This document shows, one piece after another, positions 12,801 to 24,789 of a stretch of DNA of 64,000 bases. The stretch is from Sminthopsis crassicaudata. Its lineage: Eukaryota. The stretch covers positions 178,215,162 to 178,279,161 of the forward strand of contig NC_133618.1 of assembly GCF_048593235.1 (NCBI RefSeq), read 5' to 3'. The notes beneath the pieces are model-generated. The model worked only from the letters and a program-made list of their open reading frames with translations. It had not been told where the DNA came from and searched no databases. Position 1 is the stretch's first letter. Each line of letters begins with the position of its first letter. The position numbers and the translations under genes are program-made.

Positions 12801-15216
12801 TATTTGTTTTTATTCTCTACATTTTCCCCTGAGGTGCTATTTTGTTTTGTTTGTGGGGGAAATCTGGAGAGCTTGGAATTTATTTTTTTATCTACTCCAC
12901 TATCTTCCCAGAATTCTCTTGCAAAAGTATTCTTTTAAAATTTGATAGATGCATATGCTAGTATACAAAATGCCTGTAATTATTGGCATAGAAGTTATTA
13001 CTTTGATGACCTTCATGTTCTTGAAATTGACATTTTATTATTAAATTAAATGTTTATTAAAATGTATTATAATATATTTTAAGAGATAATAGATGTAATC
13101 ATGGTTCATGAGATTGAAGATATATGAAGAGGATGACATTATGATCATGTCACATAATGTTGTCCCATTTTAACTCTACATCTTATTTGTGACACCCAGG
13201 TAGGTTGGATCAGGTGTTACTCCTCCATGTACTAGAAGATTTGCTCTGCTTGGAATACAACACAAGCACTTATGTAGAAATCTAGGGTGCAGGAGTGACT
13301 GGGATTTTATGACTCTTTTCCCAGGGTAAAATAAGGCCAAAGAGCAAAAATCCTACTACCTTGGTCAAGCAAACACATTTTCTCCTTGTAAAGGGGGAAT
13401 ATGGCAAACAAGGACAAAATTGGTTTAGAATAGAAGATAATTTCCTAATGGAGAAAAAGGATGGATAATCATGAAGAGTATTGTCTTATAAAAAATGACT
13501 AAGCAATGATGATGAATGGATACATGTAGCAACCTTGATGAAAAATTTAATAATGCTAGAAGGTCCCAAGAATATTCTAAATAAAACAAGAAAAAGAACA
13601 ACAATAGCAAAAAGGCATAAAATTGAATAGATCTGCCAATATTTATATAGGGAGATCATTGGGGATGGTAGTACTACCAAATCTGGAATCTAAAACTAAT
13701 ATGATAGGAAGGCAAATGCTAGATATGAGTGATTTGCCAATCTTTGTAATTTCCTATGTATTGTCTTAAGTTACTTAGCTTCTCTTAGTTTCTTTCTCCG
13801 AAAAGTGAGACAATTGGACTTGTTTTTAAGTGTCTGAGATTGGATTTGAACTCTGTTTCCAAATCAGACCTGGTGCTCTCTCCATTGCATCCATTCTCTA
13901 ATAGATAAACACCTTCATTTTCCTTTTGTGTTTAGTCAATTCTGTGGTAGTCTTTCATCTTCCTTATTCTATTTTTCACTAATTCCATTTGATTATATAC
14001 TTTTAAATATCAAACATAGTATTTTCAGAATTCTTTCATTCTCCAACCATCAGTGCATCTTAATTCCATTTAATTCTTCTTCATGAAGAAGTTTCAGGAA
14101 CCTATTATTTCAATTCACTCTCAATTGCATTTTTGTCTGATTCTTTCCATAATAGATTTTGTCACTATTATTTTACTGAAATTGGTCTTTTAAATAATTC
14201 ATATAATTTATATCCAAGACTAATAGCTCATTGTTAATCTTCAACTTTTTTTTGTTCTTTTTCTTAGTCCTGAGTTTTTCTTTTCCTCAAAGACCTCTCA
14301 GACTATAATTTCCATAGAATCATTCTTTTGGATTTTTTCTTAATGCTCCCTTAGAAATGTCTCTTGAGGTCATCTACATCTCCCTGCTTCTTTTCCAACA
14401 ACTATCACCTCATGCTTTGTGATCTCTATAAAAATTTCATGAGAATGTTCTACACACTTCTCAAGTTATGTGTCAATGATGAACACATGAGAAGGGATCA
14501 AAGATTTAGAGTAAAAGGAAACTTCAAAGCCATTTAGTTTAACGCCTTAATTTTGACAGTTCAGTAAAATGAATCACAAAGTGACTTACTCAAGGTTAGC
14601 CTGCTAGTGAGTGGCCAGGCTAGGATTGAATCTACATCCTCTGACTCCAGCAGCAATCTTTGTACTAATCAGGGGAATAGGTAGGCTTTCGTCAACAGTT
14701 TTCTATAGCAAATCTGCATTTCAATCCTATAACTGACTGAAGATCCTTTGGCATTTCTGTTTTATTTATGATCTCAAAAGGCATTTGATCCCGAAAGAGA
14801 AAAATACATTTGAACGTCTCCTTTGTATACATTAAGATAATATAATTCCTTGATAGATGGAACTACAGAGATCACTTGATTCTCTGAGTAGCAATATCAA
14901 GCAAGAAATACAATAGGAAAGACAAGACTCACACAAGGCTAGAGGTAAGAAAGAGATTACATATACATAGTGAAGGATGTCTCTAGGACATTAAGATCAT
15001 AGATACATTGAAGTAACAATGTATAATTAGAGAACTCACTTTCTTCCTTCTTATCATGTACTCAAGTACATATAGCTATAGGTAAAAAACTTGGTCGTAT
15101 TTTCAATATAACAAGGACAAAAAAAAAGGAGTCAAGAGGGTTTCTTTTTCCTGCCATGCCAGAATTCACTATCATCACTCTTTGAGGCCTCAGTGAATGA
15201 ATGATTTCATGGGGGC

Positions 15217-15233
15217 TGACTCAGGATGAGTCA
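15217..15233. promoter_or_regulatory. Tandem AP-1 sites TGACTCA-gga-TGAGTCA; the first extends to a MARE/ARE-like TGAGTCAGC on the minus strand
   Basis: Two perfect AP-1 heptamers 3 bp apart in non-repeat DNA. Motif match only. Confidence 0.4.
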
Positions 15234-15699
15234 ATTATTTCCTTTTTACCCTTGAATACCCATTCACAGTCAAGAGGTCTGAAGGGTTCCTGCCTTTTTA
15301 CTCATGAAAAATAAACTGAATAAAGAGACTAAGGGTAACTGGGGCCATTAATCTGATAATTCTGAGATAGAGCCATAGTTAGGATGGAGTGATTGGGGCT
15401 TTTTTCCAGGGTACTGAATATAGAGGACAAAATACACTCATAGCCCTTGAAATTCTTTAATAGTACAGAAGCAAAAACAAACAAAAAACAAACAAAAAAA
15501 ACCCCTCAATACATAATTAGCAAGAATAACTATTTAAAATAACAAGCCATCTTTTGGCAAGATGACATTTCTCCAGTATTCCAACTCACTCTCCCCAGAC
15601 TCTATATTGAGGTCTTGTTTTATACTGCCTGTCCTGGGCATGCTTTGTGGTACCTACTGTAGATATAAAAATTCCTGGTTGCAGCTCTGATAATGGGTG

Positions 15700-17750
15700 T
15701 GTTGCAGACTTCTGCTGATGAGATGCTCCCCCCAGACATACCATTTCTTCTAGTCTGTAGTCTTAATTTTCAGAACACAGAGCCAGTGGTTTCAGAGAAC
15801 ATTCTGTAACTAAGCAGAACCCTGAAGGATCACCTTCCTGAGAAGAGAATTGTTCTGTTTAATATCTTATGATTATCTAGTAGGCATGCAGGGAGAGTTT
15901 GGGAAAATACACAACAAATATTTCCCCTCACGTTCTTTTAACCCACAATACCATTATTCACTTTTTGATTGACACTGAGCTATAAATTAAAATTTAAACT
16001 TCTACAGATTTTTTTTTCTCAAATCATAATTCAATCCAATCAAATAAAGATTTTTTTTAAAGCCAATCTAGCTTCCAATTTCACCACTCAGATAAAACTG
16101 TTCTAAGGTTACAAATAATCTCTTAAGTAATAAATCCAAAAGCATTTGCTCAATCTTCAATTTTCATGACATTTCTGCAACATAAAGCATTATTTACCAC
16201 ATTCTTATCAGTATACTCTCTCTTTGCTAGGTTTTAATGATACCAATCTTTCCTGGTTCTCTTTCTATTAGCCTGACCACTCACTGCTCAATCTCATTTG
16301 CTAAATCATCATCTATATCTCCCTTTTGTAAACGTCTGCTCTGTCTTGGGCCTTATTTTCTCTATATACCTTGGTGATCTCATTAATTCCCATATATCAA
16401 GATATTAACTCTGTTATAGATCCCCATATCTATCTATCTATCTCTCATCTTTCATCTATGTGTCAAATTATAAACTTTTTGCCAGCTACTTTAGAAAAGG
16501 GACTATTTTTTAAACTTATTTTTCTATCCCTATCTTTATCACAGTATCTGATATATAACAGGGATTAATAAATTTTTATTTATCTCCCATAGTATCTCAA
16601 ACTCAACATGTCCAAAAAGGAACTCATTATCTTTCCCCTTTCTCCTAATTTTTCCATATTTATGAAGGTTTCTCATTACCTTTTAGGTGGACAATTATAG
16701 AAGCTTCCTCATTGATATTCTTGATTCAAAATTTTCCCTTTTCTAATCCATCCTCTGAATAACTGCTAAATTAATATCACAAAACATGATTGTGTCATTC
16801 TCTGATGAAGACTTTTTTTTTTGCTTATAAGACAAGGTTCAAACATTTATGTTTGTAATTTAAAACCCTTCATGGTTTGATTTCAACCTATTTTTTAGAT
16901 TGGTTTCACATTACTTTTTCTTATGCAACCTCAGTTCCAGAAAAAAGGTCTTTTCCACATATATGACATTCCATATCCTATCTTCATGTTTACATACAAG
17001 TTCTTTTTATTTTATGTACAAGTCCTTTCAGATGGTTGTAATGCTCTCTATTTACCTTTGGAATCCCTACTTCCCCTCATGTATGACCTTTTCCATAAGA
17101 CCCTTTTCCCTCTCCTCACCCCATTGTTCTTAAAGATTTTCCTTGTTTGACATAGCTTTGGATTTATTTCATATAAATTTAGTATTTACTACTTCATATA
17201 AGCAGTAGAATATAAGATTCTTGAATGATTAATGAAATAATTTGCTAATAGAAGGTACAAAACAATATGCAAAATGATACATTAACATTTATTAATTCAA
17301 CCAAGAATGAATATACTATGTCCATTCTCATGCCATAATTCTATATTATTATGGGTATCCCCATGGATTGCCTACCCTCATAAAATGGTAATAATTGTCT
17401 TGGTAATAATTTTGAAAAATGAGACTCATCCCTCTCCTTTCTCCCCAGTGAGCACTCAAATCATCCCAAAGTACTCAACTTCCCAAATACTTTCCCTGTA
17501 ATTCCCTTCATTTAATACTTCTTACCACAAGTGGTACAATGCAATAAGGCTTAGTGTTCTTTCTCAGGGCCCCAGTCCTTCCCCTTGATCACCCCCAGCA
17601 GTCTTCCCAGGGCTGTACCCAGGAGTGAAGTGGAAACTGCAGCGCTGGGTCTGCCTTATGTTCCACGTCAGTAGATATAAAGCCAAAAGTATATTTCTTC
17701 CCATGAGCTCCAGGGGGTGCCTAGCTAGATGAGACTTCAGAGACATATAT
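15700..17750 (-). pseudogene. Alpha-defensin pseudogene, an inverted paralogue of the gene at 52129-54395. Exon-1 remnant 17704-17526; exon-2 remnant from 15837 to ~15745; intron 1688 bp
   Basis: Exon 1: ATG + signal-like MGRNILLALYLLTWNIRQTQ, then frameshift/stop; donor TG|GTAAGA as in the intact gene. Intron start shares ttggga...ttgggatgat (19/27 ungapped). Acceptor taaacagaacaattctcttctcag vs taactgaaaatctctccttttag. Exon-2 remnant FC-LVTE-C...E..W..C. 3'UTR CTCAT..CAGCAG..GTCTGC shared. All alignments by eye. Confidence 0.75.
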
Positions 17751-19069
17751 TTACTTGAGAAATACTTTACCTAATTTAAACTTGTGCTTCTGAAAATCTC
17801 TAGTTGCCTAAAAACTTCAGTTCATATAAGTCTTCCTCCAATAAGCTTGACTTGATTCTCCCAACTGCCAATGCTATCTCTCCAAATACATTGTCTTTTA
17901 CTTTTATTATTTTGCACATGATCCATCTGTATAACTTATATGTGGACATTTTTATCTGCTCCTATAGAATGTAAATTCTTATAGAGCAGTGACAGATAAT
18001 TAAGCAGATTGTTGATTGATTGCGTACTACTCCAAAACATTGCCTCAAATTATGCAGAACCATTTTGGTGGTTCAATTACTATGATTCATGAATATTTTT
18101 TATAGTGTAGCTTTTAAGGATCTTGCTTAGAATCTATTCTTATTCTATATGCAATATTAACAAACTTAACTGTATGATTACATTATCATACTGAAAATTA
18201 AAAAGCAGTGATCTTAAATGGAGGAAAAAGAGCTCTATAGGAAAGCATGCTGAAAACAATGTGAAATAGATTCTGGCAATTTGACAGTGATGGAGGTTAT
18301 AGAAAAATCTATAAAAGCAGATGAAAATAAACTCAAAAAAGATTTGGTGTCCCTTTGACTAAGTGCTTTGTCTACATTCAAAACTTAATTATGCCTTCTA
18401 TTTCTGTGTCAATATATTGATATTCCTGTGCGATACTAAAGCTTAAAAAGGTTGCCTTTATTTTTAAGTTTAAATCTGGCGAAGAAGTATGTTGGTAGGA
18501 AGTAATCTATAAAAGTTCATATTGAAACTGAGTGGACAAGAGCTATTGTTTCTGAGAAAGTAATAGAAATCAAGAGCAATAAGTGTGGATTAGCACTTCT
18601 CTGATTATTATTCTCCTCATAGCATGTTCTGTCTTTCTGGTACCAAGTGGAAACATGTGCAATATTTTGAATTTTACCACCTATCTGTAGTTTAGTGAGG
18701 AAAGCCTTCAAGCTACTCATGGAAGTAAATTTCATCCTTAGTTTTTTTAAAGTAGACTTCCTTCTGCCATTTCAGTTGGTCCAAAACTTTGATCGGTGCA
18801 TCATTGAAATTTATTCTGTGTTAAATGGAATTCAAGAAATGATATTTTCTTGCTTTCATATTCAACAAGTCTTTAGGTAAAAAAACGTTAAGGAAAAAGA
18901 AGAGAATTTACTGCAACTTATGTAAGGTAAGAAAATTACATATTTATTTTTAATTCTATAAAGTTATACATAACATACATAACATAACATATAACTATAC
19001 AATGATATTTCTAATATAATAATCTTATATATACATTATACATAAATCATAGTTTAAGACATATTATAT

Positions 19070-19305
19070 AAAGCAGTGTAGATAGCACAGTGCATAGAGT
19101 GCTAGATTTGCATTCAGATAGCCCTAATTTCAAATCTGGCCTCAGACACTTACTAATTTGTAATGGGCAAGATACTAAATTGCTGTCTGTCTCAGTTTCC
19201 TCATTTGTAAGATGGAGACAATAATAGCACCTCTTCCCATATTTGCTGTAAAAATCAAATAAGATAATAATTGTAACATGCTTAGCACAGTGTTTGGTAC
19301 ATAGT
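19070..19305 (+). mobile_element. MIR SINE, near full length
   Basis: Core tcagtttcctcatttgtaagatggagacaataatagcacc and tail gcttagcacagtgtttggtacatagt. Confidence 0.85.
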
Positions 19306-20319
19306 TCTTGTTGTCCTTTTTGCTTGAAGAGGATCAAGAGGATTATCACTATGTTGGAGTCCAGGTACAGTGTGGACAATTGAGGCTTATCAATCCAATA
19401 TAAGCTTCCAAAAGTTGGGGACAAATTATACATATGAACAATTTGGAGTGGAGATGACTCTGAATTTGTACATCTCCTATTTCCTTTGAGCTGGCACATA
19501 TTAAGTGCTATATAAATATTAGATATTATATGATATATTATAAAATTATAAATTATTTGTTTTTAAATTTATTTAATAATTTGATTCCTTATGAAATATA
19601 ATTTAAAATAACCCTATGAAATACACCATTCTAAGTAACAAAGCAAATCAAATGGCTACGCCACTTAGATCAGTGCCTCAGAGGAGAAGATGCCTTTGCT
19701 TTTTATAAACATAGAACAAAGAACAGGACTGGGTTGATGAGGAAAATGGTATATTTGCCCATAGGGTTGGCAGCATCTTAAGGGCAAGGGCATGTTCAAT
19801 TACACTAAGAAGAATGGGCTGAAATTCAGGTAAGCTTAGTAACTCCTTTCTCTGTCTTAGAGGAAGACTTGATTTATGGGACCCATCAGCATCTTGAGGT
19901 TATTGATAGTGAATCAGGGATAGTAGATTCCCTGGCTCCTATGAGAGAGATAACTCTCCATAATTGTACAAGGACAAGCAAAGTTGAGCAGTGTATTTTG
20001 TAGAAATATTCCATGTTAGTCTGTAGGCCTTCAAAAATAGCAGATGTCATGGAAATTTTCAGGAGTGAAGGTATGAGAAATAAGTTTTCTTTTAACTGAT
20101 TCAGAGGGATAGCTGAATTAGGTTAAAAAATGATCATTGTTTGTGACAGTGGTTCAGACTCCCTGATGTTCAGCTGAATTCCTCTAGGACACCAGATTTC
20201 CTTGAGGAAAGAATAAAAGAGTGATCAGCAGCAAACTTTTAAACTTATCACATAGGCAAAAAGAAAAATAAGTGTGGATTGAACATCAATAAAAATGACA
20301 CAGAATCAATTAAATTTCG

Positions 20320-20326
20320 TGTGTGT

Positions 20327-20366
<40 letters not shown>

Positions 20367-20384
20367 GTATTCAGTTACTAAGGC
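20320..20384. repeat. (TG)n microsatellite
   Basis: Directly visible. Confidence 0.95.
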
Positions 20385-20599
20385 TTGTTTTATATATTGC
20401 TACTACTACTACTAAATAGCTAATATTTATATAATGCTTTGCATAGGCACTGTGCTACACACTTTACAATTATTATCCTATTTGATCCTTACAACAACCC
20501 TGATGGGTATATCATTTATAGATAAGGAAATTGAGGCAAATATAGATTAAATTACTTGCCCAGGGTCACACAATAATATATATTATATTGTTCAATTGT

Positions 20600-22620
20600 C
20601 AACTAGGTGCTAGGCCCTGTGCTAAATATTGGAGAACTCACAATTAAATAGAAGACAAGCAAACCAAAAATGCAAACAGGTAATTGCAGGATAAATAGGG
20701 TAGGGAAGGTGCTGGAGTTTAAAGACACTGGGAAAGACTTCTTGTAGAAAATAGGATTTTAGTTGAGAGGTCAGGGAAGTTAGTAGGAAGAAATGAGAAG
20801 GGACTTTATTCCAAGCATAGATGGAGTGGAGAATAGTCAGAGAAAAATCTCAGAACTGAGAGATGGAGGTTCTTCTACATCAACAACCAGAAGTCCAGTG
20901 TCATTGGATCAGAGTACATGGTGCGAGTAAGATATAAGAAGACTGGAAAGGTGAGATTGGGGTCATAGACTATGAAGAACTTTAAGTGCTAAACAAAGTC
21001 AAATTTAATATTTGATCCTAGAGGCAACCCAGAAACACTGGAATTTTTTTGAGTAGAAGGTCACAATTGAACTTTAGGAAAGTGGCTGAAAGGAGTATGG
21101 ATTGAAGTGGGGAGAGACTTGAAGAAGGCAGACTCACCAGGAGTCTCTTTCAATAATCCAAGCATGTGGTGATTAGGGCTTGCACTACAGTGATTGCAGT
21201 GTAAAAGAGGAAAGCATGGTATTGAAGAGATGCTACAAAAGTGAAATCAATTGATATTGGCAACAGATTGGATGAGGGAGGTGAGAGACAGTGAGGAATC
21301 AAGGATAGCACTTAGATTGAAGGCCAGAGGGAGGATAGTATCATGTTCTACAGTAATAGGAAAGAAGATTGTAGGTGGGAAGGTTAAGAAGAATGAATAA
21401 TAAAAGATTTTGTACATGTTGATAATATATCTAAGAAGTTTATTGGAATTACAGTTTGAGATGTTTGAAAGGGAGTAGGAAATGTGACATTAGAGGTGAG
21501 CAAAGAAGTTTTCTAGATAAGTAGATCTGGGAATCACTAGCAAAAAGATGGTAATTCAATTCATGGCATCACCAAGTGAAATAGTATAAAGGGAAAAAAG
21601 AAGAGGCCCAGGACAAAATTATGGAACCCTTATAGTTAAGAATATATGTATAGTTATGTCCTGGAAGAAGATTCAACAAATGAGATAGAAGAGCAGTCAG
21701 ATACACTGGGGGATAGGAGAAAAACCAGGAGAGAGTGGTGTTCTAAAAAATCTAGAAAAATTGAAGAGAAAGTAATTAACAGTGTCAAAGGCTATAGAGA
21801 GGCTAAGGAGAATGAGGATTGAGAAAAAGCTACTGGATTTTGCAATGAAACATGACAATGCATATATCAAGGTATTTTGTTTATGTGTGTGTGTGTGAGG
21901 TGTATATACAGATAACAATCAGCAGCATTTATATAGTTCTTTAGTTTTGAAAAGTGACATTATTTCAGCTTATTATTACAATAATCTTATGAAATAGATA
22001 TTATCTTCCTTTTTACAGATGAAAAAACTGAGGCAGACAGCAGTTAAATCAAGTCAAACCAAGAAGATTTTATTGTTTCTATGTCATAGGAATGTATTAA
22101 TTGGTGAAGAGACAAAAAAAGGCAATAAATAGTCTCTCTTTTCCAAATACTTGTAGTTTTGACTTGCCAGGGTCACATAGGTATTTAAGTTTCTGAGGCA
22201 AAATTTGGATTAAGTTCTTTCTAATTTTGGATACATCACTCTGTCCACTTTGTCACATAGCTGATAAACAGAAATATAGCTATTTATATATTGTGTATAT
22301 GAACCATCTTTTTAGGGATCTGTGGAAGCTATTAAGGTTACCAAAAAAGAGAATATAAAGAAAGAAGAGAAGAGATTCTAGGACCAAAGCATGGGCTATA
22401 TCAATACTTACAAAGTGGGACCCTGATATTGATATAGCAAAACAGACTGAGAAGTTGGTGTTAATGAGGAGTGTGCTACTTTTTCTTCAGAAACTTGAAT
22501 AAATGAGAAATGGATGAGGGATGATGTAAAGGGATTTTGAGATGTTTGAAAAGAAAAGAAAAAGGAAATCAGAGCATATATCCTCTATTTTTTTTAGTGA
22601 AATATGAGATAATACCATCA
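20600..22620 (-). mobile_element. L2 fragments with intervening MIR (~21930-22270)
   Basis: Purine-rich reverse-strand L2 remnants (gagaatgaggattgagaaaa, acagtgtcaaaggc). Confidence 0.65.
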
Positions 22621-23316
22621 TCTGAGAGGCTCAAGGGAGGAGGTTTAGGAAAGGAGTTCAGCAGAGAAGATTTGGAACAACTGCTGTGATAGAATTATGT
22701 AGAACCCAGTTGATATTAGATAACAAAAAGCTAAACCAACTAGAATTAAAATTTGGAAGGGAAGAAAGAGAAACCAGAGCTTAGATGATGTCCAGGAAAT
22801 GGACCAAGAAATCAAAGGATTGGAAGTCAAGATAAGAATTAAATATATTTAGGAAGTATAATGCATGAGGAGAGACTGAATGATAAGAGACTAAAATCAA
22901 ATTGAAAAAATTTAAAAGCTTTTGATGATCAAAGTGGACCATTTGGGAATCATGGCAGGAACAAAGTGCTATCCTTGATTCCTCACTGTCTCTCACCTCC
23001 CTTATCCAATCTGTTGCCAATATCAATTGATTTCACTTTTGTAGCATCTCTTCAATACCATGCTTTCCTCTTTTACACTGCAATCACTGTAGTGCAAGCC
23101 CTAATCACCACATGCCTGGGCATGGTTTAGATGGAGTAAAGGAATCTGTCATGGGAATTAAGGGAAAGGGCTGAGATTTTATAGTGTTTATAGGAATAAT
23201 AATATCTGTAATTGTGTTCAAGACCCTTAGTCTAAGAGCATAAACTAAGAATATTGAGAAAGAAGACAATGATTTGGGTTGTAGTATCTGGACTAGGTGA
23301 CATCTTTGGGTAGAGC

Positions 23317-23559
23317 CAGGTGTGAGTTGATAAATATTTAACAACTGACTTTACAAAAAAAAAATGTACATATAATTTTAAGTTAAATCTACATTATTGA
23401 CATTTTCTCTATCACTTTCTTAAGCTTATGCAATCAGTAAAACAATAAACCAAGCTTTAATTTGTAGCATTTACCTATTTCTGAGTTGTAAATGCTTATA
23501 CTGAAAATTTAACAATCAGTTCTTGGGAGCTGGTTCAATCTGGCTCCAGCACACTCCTG
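23317..23559. mobile_element. Non-autonomous hAT DNA transposon, MER63 (marsupial)-type
   Basis: Termini cagg...cctg with decayed TIRs (caggtgtgagttgataaa / ctccagcacactcctg); perfect 8-bp TSD ggtagagc at 23309-23316 and 23560-23567. Confidence 0.9.
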
Positions 23560-24789
23560 GGTAGAGCAAACCTTAAAAGAGGAAAAGTTGTTTAGTGAAA
23601 GGGGTAAAGGGAGAGTAAGATTTTGGCAATGGGGAAAAGAAGTATTCTAACTCCACTTTAGCAATCTTGTGTGTTGAAAGGGAAACAATAGTACAAGAAA
23701 AGATATACCAGTATCCTGATATTCTGATATAATGAAAAGGGTAGGCAGAGGTATAGTGTCACCCGGTAAAATCAGGTGTTTTTGATTATCAGAAAATGCA
23801 AAGAACATGAGATATAGGTGTTCCAAATGAGGGAAAGTTTGTTGTTATGGAATAGAAATTCCAGAGAGCACAATAGAAGAAGCAGGAAGAATTAGAGTAA
23901 AGTTGAGTTTGAGGTGGGTGAGGATCAAGATAAAAGTATTGGGGAGAGGAAGAGAAGAATAAAATTTGTAGGAAGCCAGGGATTCAGTATCACTGGGATT
24001 GAGAGATAAGAGTTGAGAGTTTGGTAGCAAGAATGGATGTCAGGGAGGAGCAGCTCTATTAATGATACTACATGAGTGAAAGGTTCCCTGTCTCTTCTCC
24101 TCCTTGGAGTACTTTGTATCCCCCTTGAAGTATCTTGGATCCTTGTTATTGTGTTGTGACTCTGGAGGAATTTAGTGCTCAGAGTATTCTCAGTTGTAGG
24201 AATGACCTTATTAGTGATTTTTGGCTGGGGAATCACACTTTTTTTTTTAATGATAGCTTTTATTTTCAAAATACATGCAAAGATAGTTTTCAACATTCAT
24301 TCTTGAAATAACCTGTGTTCAAAGTTTTTTTCTCTCTTCCATCTTCTAACTCCCCTAAAAAGCAAGCAATCCAGTATAACACACCTGTATCCTTATGTGG
24401 AAGCCACCCTCATAATATTTTTACCTGAATTTTACTGTAATTATAAGCTCTTTGAGGACAAAGAGGACCTATGTCTTATATTTCTTTTTCTTCCATAGTG
24501 CTGGATTTATGGGATTATATAATTTATACAGGAAATAGATCTTTGTAAGTTTCAAATCCATCCCCTTGATTTTATAGAGAAAAGAAATTAAGAATCATCA
24601 AATAAAAGTGGTGTATTCAATACCACACAATTAGTAATAAAAAGAACCAGAAATCAAATCCATTCTCCAACTCTAAATCCAATGCTTACCCATGTAGCAT
24701 TCTTTCTTTCCCTATAGTGGATATTTAATGAGTACAGACTGATTTAAATTTTCCCTAAAGCTAGACTTCCACTTCTGTAGCCCAGATGG

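Noticed and set aside
13200-13340. Minus-strand KCLCCIP motif
   Set aside because: No upstream Cys ladder, no in-phase acceptor.
15599-15720. Plus-strand beta-defensin-like reading (CGTYCRYKNSWLQL**WVCCR) paired with a 59-nt exon-1-like segment at 13141-13199
   Set aside because: Needs frameshifts and stops, and overlaps the minus-strand pseudogene 3'UTR, which has direct nucleotide homology to the intact gene. Probably coincidental, though not excluded.
19820-19865. Strong donor (CAG|GTAAGC) and acceptor about 30 nt apart
   Set aside because: Too short for an intron; no ORF or partner sites identified.
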